Shown one piece after another: positions 1-4,300 of a DNA stretch of 4,300 nucleotides. Numbering within the stretch: position 1 is the stretch's first letter; the number at the start of each line of letters is the position of its first letter. A program made the position numbers and the translations under genes. The DNA comes from a virus (lineage: Duplodnaviria > Heunggongvirae > Uroviricota > Caudoviricetes), in the IMG/VR virus record IMGVR_UViG_3300029459_000083. One strand, 5' to 3'. The notes under the pieces were generated by a model. That model saw only the letters and a list, made by a program, of their open reading frames with translations. It did not search any database and was not told the origin of the DNA.

Positions 1-2685
1 TACCATATCCGCGGTCGTATCATCCAGGTGCCGTCAAACTATGACCCGGAAAAACGCACGTACAGTGGTATCTGGGACGGCAGTCTGAAACCGGCATACA
101 GCAACAACCCGGCCTGGTGCCTGTGGGACATGCTGACTCACCCGCGCTACGGCATGGGAAAACGTCTGGGGGCGGCGGATGTGGACAAGTGGGCGCTGTA
201 TGCCATCGGGCAGTACTGCGATCAGACGGTCCCGGATGGTTTCGGGGGGACCGAGCCGCGGATGACCTTTAATGCGTACCTGGCACAACAGCGTAAGGCG
301 TGGGACGTTCTCAGTGATTTCTGCTCGGCGATGCGCTGTATGCCGGTATGGAACGGCCAGACGCTGACGTTCGTTCAGGACCGCCCGTCGGATGTGGTGT
401 GGCCGTACACCAACAGCGATGTGGTGGTGGATGATAACGGCGTGGGATTCCGCTACAGCTTCAGCGCCCTGAAGGACCGCCACACGGCGGTGGAGGTGAA
501 TTACACCGACCCGCAGAACGGCTGGCAGACCTCCACGGAACTGGTGGAAGACCCGGAAGCCATACTGCGCTACGGACGCAACCTGCTGAAGATGGATGCG
601 TTCGGCTGTACCAGCCGCGGTCAGGCCCACCGTGCCGGACTGTGGGTGATAAAGACCGGACTGCTGGAAACGCAGACGGTGGATTTCACGCTCGGGTCAC
701 AGGGGCTGCGGCACACGCCCGGAGACATCATTGAAATCTGTGATAACGACTACGCCGGAACCCTGACCGGCGGACGTATCCTGTCCATCGACGCCGCCAG
801 CCGTACACTGACGCTGGACCGTGAGGTGACACTGCCGGAGACCGGTACCGCCACGGTGAACCTGATTAACGGCAGCGGTAAGCCGGTGAGTGTGGACATC
901 ACCGCACACCCCGCGCCGGACCGGATACAGGTCAGTACCCTGCCTGATGGCGTGGCGACATACGGTGTGTGGGGACTCTCCCTGCCGTCACTGCGTCGTC
1001 GCCTGTTCCGTTGTGTCGCCATCCGGGAAAACACGGATGGCACCTTTGCCATCACGGCAGTGCAGCACGTACCGGAAAAAGAAGCCATCGTGGATAACGG
1101 GGCCAGCTTTGAGCCGCAGTCAGGCACCCTGAACAGCGTTATTCCTCCGGCAGTGCAGCACCTCACGGTGGAGGTGAGTGCCACAGACGGCCAGTATCTG
1201 GCGCAGGCGAAATGGGACACGCCGCGGGTGGTGAAAGGTGTGCGCTTCAGTCTGCGTCTGACCAGCGGAAGGGGGGATGACAGCCGCCTGGTGACCACCG
1301 CCATCACCGCAGACACGGCGCACCGTTTCAGTGGTCTGCCGCCCGGGGAATACACCCTGACGGTCAGGGCGATTAACAGCTACGGCCAGCAGGGCGAACC
1401 TGCCACCACCACGTTCCGGATTGACGCCCCGGCAGCGCCTGCCACCATTGAACTGATACCGGGGTATTTTCAGATAACGGCGGTCCCGAAACTGGCTGTA
1501 TATGACCCGACGGTACAGTTTGAATTCTGGTTTTCGGAACAGCAGATTGCGGATATCAGGCAGGTTGAAACCTCCGCCCGCTATCTTGGCACGGCGCTGT
1601 ACTGGATAGCTGCCAGTATCAATATCAAACCGGGCCATGATTATTACTTTTATATCCGCAGTGTCAACCTGGTGGGCAAATCGGCATTTGTGGAGGCCGT
1701 CGGCCGGGCCAGCGATGATGCCGAAGGCTACCTGAATTTTTACAAAGGGCTGATTAATAAAACACATCTCGGTAAAGAGCTGCTGGAAAACGCTGAACTG
1801 ACGGAAGATAACGCCAGCAGACTGGATGAGTTTTCGAAAGAGTGGAAAGACGCTAACGATAAATGGAATGCCATGTGGGGCGTCAGAATTGAGCAGACCG
1901 AAGACGGTAAGCATTATGTCGCTGGGCTTGGCCTCAGCATGGAGGACACGGAGGACGGTAAACTGAGCCAGTTTCTGGTTGCCGCTAACCGTATCGCGTT
2001 TATTGACCCGGCAAACGGGAATGAAACGCCGATGTTTGTGGCGCAGGGCAATCAGATATTCATGAACGACGTGTTCCTGAAATACCTGACGGCTCCCACC
2101 ATTACCAGCGGCGGTAATCCTCCGGCATTTTCCCTGACACCGGACGGGCGGCTGACGGCGAAAAATGCTGATATCAGCGGTAACGTGAATGCGAATTCCG
2201 GGACGCTCAACAACGTCACGATTAACGAGAACTGTCGGGTTCTGGGAAAATTGTCCGCGAACCAGATTGAAGGCGATCTCGTTAAAACAGTGGGCAAAGC
2301 TTTCCCCCGGGACTCCCGTGCACCGGAGCGGTGGCCATCAGGGACCATTACCGTCATGGTTTATGACGATCAGCCGTTTGACCGGCAGATTGTTATTCCG
2401 GCGGTGGCATTCAGTGGCGCTAAGCATGAGAGAGAGCATACTGATATTTACTCCTCATGCCGTCTGATAGTGCGGAAAAACGGTGCTGAAATTTATAACC
2501 GTACCGCGCTGGATAATACGCTGATTTACAGTGGCGTTATTGATATGCCTGCCGGTCACGGTCACATGACGCTGGAGTTTTCGGTGTCAGCATGGCTGAT
2601 GAATAACTGGTATCCCACAGCAAGTATCAGCGATTTGCTGGTTGTGGTGATGAAGAAAGCCACCGCAGGCATCAGTATCAGCTGA
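1..2685 (+). CDS. J: Tail-tip host-specificity protein J (central tail fibre), 5'-partial; C-terminal ~894 codons present
   Basis: Open frame runs from base 1 (codons [27 protein letters not shown]...) to TGA at 2683-2685. The ORF track's start at 28 is an internal GTG; there is no stop in 1-27, so the gene begins upstream of the window. The translation closely resembles what I recall of lambda gpJ ([69 protein letters not shown]). Two fibronectin-III-like segments are visible (~1144-1440 and ~1441-1720). GC content falls from about 60% in the 5' part to about 42-50% in the 3' part. Confidence 0.93.
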   Translation, partial: YHIRGRIIQVPSNYDPEKRTYSGIWDGSLKPAYSNNPAWCLWDMLTHPRYGMGKRLGAADVDKWALYAIGQYCDQTVPDGFGGTEPRMTFNAYLAQQRKAWDVLSDFCSAMRCMPVWNGQTLTFVQDRPSDVVWPYTNSDVVVDDNGVGFRYSFSALKDRHTAVEVNYTDPQNGWQTSTELVEDPEAILRYGRNLLKMDAFGCTSRGQAHRAGLWVIKTGLLETQTVDFTLGSQGLRHTPGDIIEICDNDYAGTLTGGRILSIDAASRTLTLDREVTLPETGTATVNLINGSGKPVSVDITAHPAPDRIQVSTLPDGVATYGVWGLSLPSLRRRLFRCVAIRENTDGTFAITAVQHVPEKEAIVDNGASFEPQSGTLNSVIPPAVQHLTVEVSATDGQYLAQAKWDTPRVVKGVRFSLRLTSGRGDDSRLVTTAITADTAHRFSGLPPGEYTLTVRAINSYGQQGEPATTTFRIDAPAAPATIELIPGYFQITAVPKLAVYDPTVQFEFWFSEQQIADIRQVETSARYLGTALYWIAASINIKPGHDYYFYIRSVNLVGKSAFVEAVGRASDDAEGYLNFYKGLINKTHLGKELLENAELTEDNASRLDEFSKEWKDANDKWNAMWGVRIEQTEDGKHYVAGLGLSMEDTEDGKLSQFLVAANRIAFIDPANGNETPMFVAQGNQIFMNDVFLKYLTAPTITSGGNPPAFSLTPDGRLTAKNADISGNVNANSGTLNNVTINENCRVLGKLSANQIEGDLVKTVGKAFPRDSRAPERWPSGTITVMVYDDQPFDRQIVIPAVAFSGAKHEREHTDIYSSCRLIVRKNGAEIYNRTALDNTLIYSGVIDMPAGHGHMTLEFSVSAWLMNNWYPTASISDLLVVVMKKATAGISIS

Positions 2686-2703
2686 ATTTTATAACCCATA
2701 TAC

Positions 2704-2730
2704 GGGCGCCAGAAATGGCGCCTTTTTTAT
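2704..2730 (+). terminator. Rho-independent terminator downstream of J
   Basis: GGCGCC (2705-2710), loop AGAAAT, GGCGCC (2717-2722) forms a perfect GC-rich hairpin, followed directly by TTTTTT (2723-2728). It starts 19 nt after the J stop codon. Confidence 0.6.
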
Positions 2731-2741
2731 TGCAGAAAAGC

Positions 2742-2747
2742 GAGAGG
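2742..2747 (+). promoter_or_regulatory. Ribosome-binding site for lom
   Basis: GAGAGG lies 5 nt upstream of the ATG at 2753. Confidence 0.55.
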
Positions 2748-2752
2748 TAATT

Positions 2753-2824
2753 ATGCGTAAAGTTTGTGCAGCCATTTTGTCCGCAGCCATCTGTCTGTCC
2801 GTATCCGGTGCGCCTGCATGGGCG
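2753..2824 (+). other. Sec signal peptide of Lom (24 aa, predicted cleavage after AWA)
   Basis: MRK, then a hydrophobic core AAILSAAICLSV, then SGAPAWA / SEHQ: an n-h-c layout with an A-x-A signal-peptidase-I motif. Confidence 0.7.
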
Positions 2825-3356
2825 TCTGAACATCAGTCCACACTGAGCGCGGGGTATCTTCATGCCCGTACGAACGCCCCCGGCAGCGATAATCTGAACG
2901 GGATTAACGTGAAATACCGNNNNNNNNNNNNNNNNNNNNNNNNNNNNNNNNNNNNNNNNNNNNNNNNNNNNNNNNNNTGAGGATGAGCAAAAAACGCGCT
3001 ACAGAGATACCCGCTGGCATGAAGATTCCGTGCGTAACCGCTGGTTCAGCGTGATGGCGGGGCCGTCTGTACGCGTGAATGAATGGTTCAGCGCGTATGC
3101 GATGGCGGGTGTGGCTTACAGCCGTGTGTCGACTTTCTCCGGTGATTATCTTCGCGTAACTGACAACAAGGGGAAAACGCACGACGTGCTGACCGGAAGT
3201 GATGACGCTCGCCACAGCAACACGTCTCTGGCGTGGGGGGCTGGCGTGCAGTTTAACCCGGCCGAATCCGTGGCCGTTGATGTCGCTTATGAAGGCTCCG
3301 GCAGTGGCGACTGGCGCACTGACGGTTTCATTGTGGGTGTCGGTTATAAATTCTGA
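2753..3356 (+). CDS. lom: Outer-membrane protein Lom (Ail/Lom/PagC/OmpX-family beta-barrel), interrupted by an assembly gap
   Basis: ATG at 2753 with an upstream RBS. The N-terminal 55 codons (MRKVCAAILSAAICLSVSGAPAWASEHQSTLSAGYLHARTNAPGSDNLNGINVKY) and, after the N-run, 125 codons (EDEQKTRYRDTRWHEDSVRNRWFSVMAGPSVRVNEWFSAYAMAGVAYSRV...GDWRTDGFIVGVGYKF, stop 3354-3356) both closely match lambda Lom as I recall it. The ORF track splits the gene into 2753-2980 and 3030-3356 only because of the gap; the pre-gap frame (mod 3 = 2) and post-gap frame (mod 3 = 0) differ, so the gap length is nominal. The C-terminal ...GYKF ends in an aromatic residue, as is typical of beta-barrel outer-membrane proteins. 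Confidence 0.88.
2920..2977. other. Assembly/scaffold gap (58 N) inside lom
   Basis: A run of 58 'n' characters. The flanking lom reading frames are out of register, and the TGA at 2978-2980 in the upstream frame is an artefact. Confidence 0.99.
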
Positions 3357-3383
3357 TTAGCCAGGTAACACAGAGTTATGACA

Positions 3384-3409
3384 GCCCGCCGGTTCTGGTG
3401 GGCTTTTTT
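3384..3409 (+). terminator. Rho-independent terminator downstream of lom
   Basis: GCCCGCC (3384-3390), loop GGTTCT, GGTGGGC (3397-3403) gives a 7-bp stem with one G-U pair, followed by TTTTTT (3404-3409). It starts 28 nt after the lom stop codon. Confidence 0.5.
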
Positions 3410-3418
3410 GTGGGGGGA
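3410..3418 (+). promoter_or_regulatory. G-rich Shine-Dalgarno region for stf
   Basis: GTGGGGGGA sits immediately upstream of the ATG at 3421; the purine-rich GGGGGA portion can act as an SD, though the spacing is short. Confidence 0.4.
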
Positions 3419-3420
3419 AT

Positions 3421-4300
3421 ATGTCAGTACAGATTTCAGGTGTGCTGAAGGATGGTACAGGAAAACCGGTACCGAACTGCACCATAGAGCTGAAAGCCGT
3501 GAGAACCAGCGAGACGGTGATAGTCACCACGGTGGCGGAGTGTCAGCCAGGGGAAACAGGCAGTTACACCATGCAGGTTGAGCCGGGGCGTTATCGTGTG
3601 ACCCTGTGCGTGGAAGGCCGTCAGCCGGCATGCGCTGGCGAGATTGATGTCATGGCAGACGACGAGCCGGGCACACTGAATGCGTTTCTGCTGCGTGAGC
3701 AGGACAGCACTTATTACCCTGAATCGCTGAAAAAACTGGAAGACGCGGCGGATGCGGCTGTCAGCAGGGCAGAGGAAGCGGCGAGGAAAGCGGAAACGGC
3801 GGTTGGGCCACAGGGACAGAAAGGCGACACCGGGGCAACGGGTCCGCAGGGACAGAAGGGAGACAAGGGTGATACAGGCCCACAGGGGCCAAAGGGTGAT
3901 AAAGGAGACAAGGGCGATAAGGGGGATACCGGCCCGAAAGGTGAGCAGGGCGACCCGGGAGGTCCACAGGGACCGAAGGGCGACAAGGGGGATACAGGAG
4001 CTGCAGGCCCGGCAGGACCGCAGGGACCGAAAGGGGATACAGGAGCCACAGGTCCGGCAGGACCGCAGGGACCGAAAGGGGATACAGGAGCCGCAGGCCC
4101 GGCAGGACCGCAGGGACCGAAGGGAGATACGGGAGCTGCAGGCCCGGCAGGACCACAGGGTCCAAAAGGGGATACGGGAGACACAGGCCCGGCAGGACCA
4201 CAGGGACCGTCAGGAAGTCCTGACAGCGGACTGTTTGGTGTCGGTTCTTTTGTCCTTGCGGCGTATTATGCGACGAGTTATTCGGGGGATATGGCACCGG
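3421..4300 (+). CDS. stf: Side tail fibre protein (Stf-like) with a collagen-like Gly-X-Y domain, 3'-partial
   Basis: ATG at 3421 opens a frame that stays open to the window end; it is absent from the ORF track because no stop is reached. The N-terminus [26 protein letters not shown]... resembles the lambda Stf (orf-401) N-terminus [26 protein letters not shown]... as I recall it. The 64-nt spacing after lom matches the lambda layout. An Ala/charge-rich linker ([23 protein letters not shown]) precedes about 45 uninterrupted G-X-Y triplets ([80 protein letters not shown]...), after which a non-collagenous segment begins ([28 protein letters not shown]). Confidence 0.88.
   Translation, partial: MSVQISGVLKDGTGKPVPNCTIELKAVRTSETVIVTTVAECQPGETGSYTMQVEPGRYRVTLCVEGRQPACAGEIDVMADDEPGTLNAFLLREQDSTYYPESLKKLEDAADAAVSRAEEAARKAETAVGPQGQKGDTGATGPQGQKGDKGDTGPQGPKGDKGDKGDKGDTGPKGEQGDPGGPQGPKGDKGDTGAAGPAGPQGPKGDTGATGPAGPQGPKGDTGAAGPAGPQGPKGDTGAAGPAGPQGPKGDTGDTGPAGPQGPSGSPDSGLFGVGSFVLAAYYATSYSGDMAP
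3805..4215 (+). repeat. Collagen-like triplet repeat tract (about 45 G-X-Y triplets, 9-bp GGN-CCN-NNN periodicity)
   Basis: Reading in the stf frame gives Gly at every third residue from codon 3805 to codon 4213, with Pro, Gln, Lys, Asp and Thr in the X and Y positions. Confidence 0.9.
3991..4209 (+). repeat. 45-bp direct tandem repeat, about 4.9 copies, in-frame (encodes [15 protein letters not shown])
   Basis: Units GATACAGGAGCTGCAGGCCCGGCAGGACCGCAGGGACCGAAAGGG begin at 3991, 4036, 4081, 4126 and 4171 (the last partial), each differing from its neighbours by only a few substitutions. Confidence 0.85.

Noticed and set aside
34-1914. Minus-strand ORFs 34-630 (198 aa), 750-1355 (201 aa), 1120-1914 (264 aa), and also 2052-2357 (101 aa)
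   Set aside because: They lie entirely antisense to the well-supported J reading frame. Their translations are Arg/Pro/Ala/Val-rich and low in complexity, as expected from the reverse strand of a GC-rich gene, and they have no recognisable start context.
890-2467. Plus-strand alternate-frame ORFs 890-1132 (80 aa) and 2189-2467 (92 aa)
   Set aside because: They are embedded out of frame within J, and their Arg/Ser/Pro/Thr-rich translations look like frame artefacts.
2630-2752. Sigma-70 promoter for lom in the J 3' end or leader
   Set aside because: Candidate hexamers (TTGCTG at 2635, TATAAC at 2690, TTGCAG at 2730, TAATTA at 2748) do not pair with acceptable 16-18 bp spacing, and the best -10 candidate lies upstream of the terminator hairpin. 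No promoter is called; it may lie further upstream or be non-canonical.
2678-3215. Minus-strand ORFs 2678-2863 (61 aa) and 2904-3215 (103 aa, spanning the N-run)
   Set aside because: They are antisense to lom and its leader, one of them reads through the N gap, and they have no RBS support.
2753-3356. ORF-track split of this region into two separate genes (2753-2980 and 3030-3356)
   Set aside because: Both pieces are parts of one lom gene. The apparent stop at 2978-2980 and the restart at an internal GTG at 3030 are artefacts of the N-run.
3378-3581. Plus-strand ORF 3378-3581 (67 aa)
   Set aside because: It begins inside the lom terminator and overlaps the first 160 nt of stf in another frame. 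The stf frame has the lambda-like N-terminus and continues for more than 290 codons, so this ORF is spurious.
3991-4209. Possibility that the 45-bp repeats form a CRISPR array
   Set aside because: The units are directly adjacent with no unique spacers, are not palindromic, and sit in frame inside a coding sequence where they encode G-X-Y triplets.
3714-4297. Long minus-strand Pro-rich ORFs 3714-4184 (156 aa) and 3761-4297 (178 aa)
   Set aside because: They are a by-product of the 9-bp GGN-CCN periodicity of the collagen-like tract, which suppresses stop codons on the opposite strand as well. The coding gene is stf on the + strand.
1-4300. A novel defence or other undescribed system in this window
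   Set aside because: The whole + strand is accounted for by the canonical lambdoid J - lom - stf synteny with short intergenic regions (67 and 64 nt). No unexplained ORF, RNA-like structure or repeat array remains.

Overview
This window is the distal tail module of a lambda-like (lambdoid) phage or prophage from an enterobacterial host, and I find no evidence of a novel defence or other undescribed system in it. All coding capacity is on the + strand in the canonical order J - lom - stf. (1) Bases 1-2685 are the 3' ~2.7 kb of gene J (tail-tip host-specificity protein), entering the window already in frame. (2) Bases 2753-3356 are lom, an Ail/Lom/PagC-family outer-membrane protein 'moron' bracketed by two intrinsic terminators and interrupted by a 58-N assembly gap (2920-2977). 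(3) Bases 3421-4300 are the 5' part of a side tail fibre gene (stf-like), with a lambda-Stf-like N-terminus followed by a long collagen-like Gly-X-Y tract built partly from near-perfect 45-bp tandem repeats; it runs off the window end. The points worth a second look are the divergent receptor-binding C-terminus of J, the repeat-driven variability of the fibre, the gap that splits lom, and the moron architecture. Comparisons to lambda proteins are from memory, not from a search, and need alignment to confirm.
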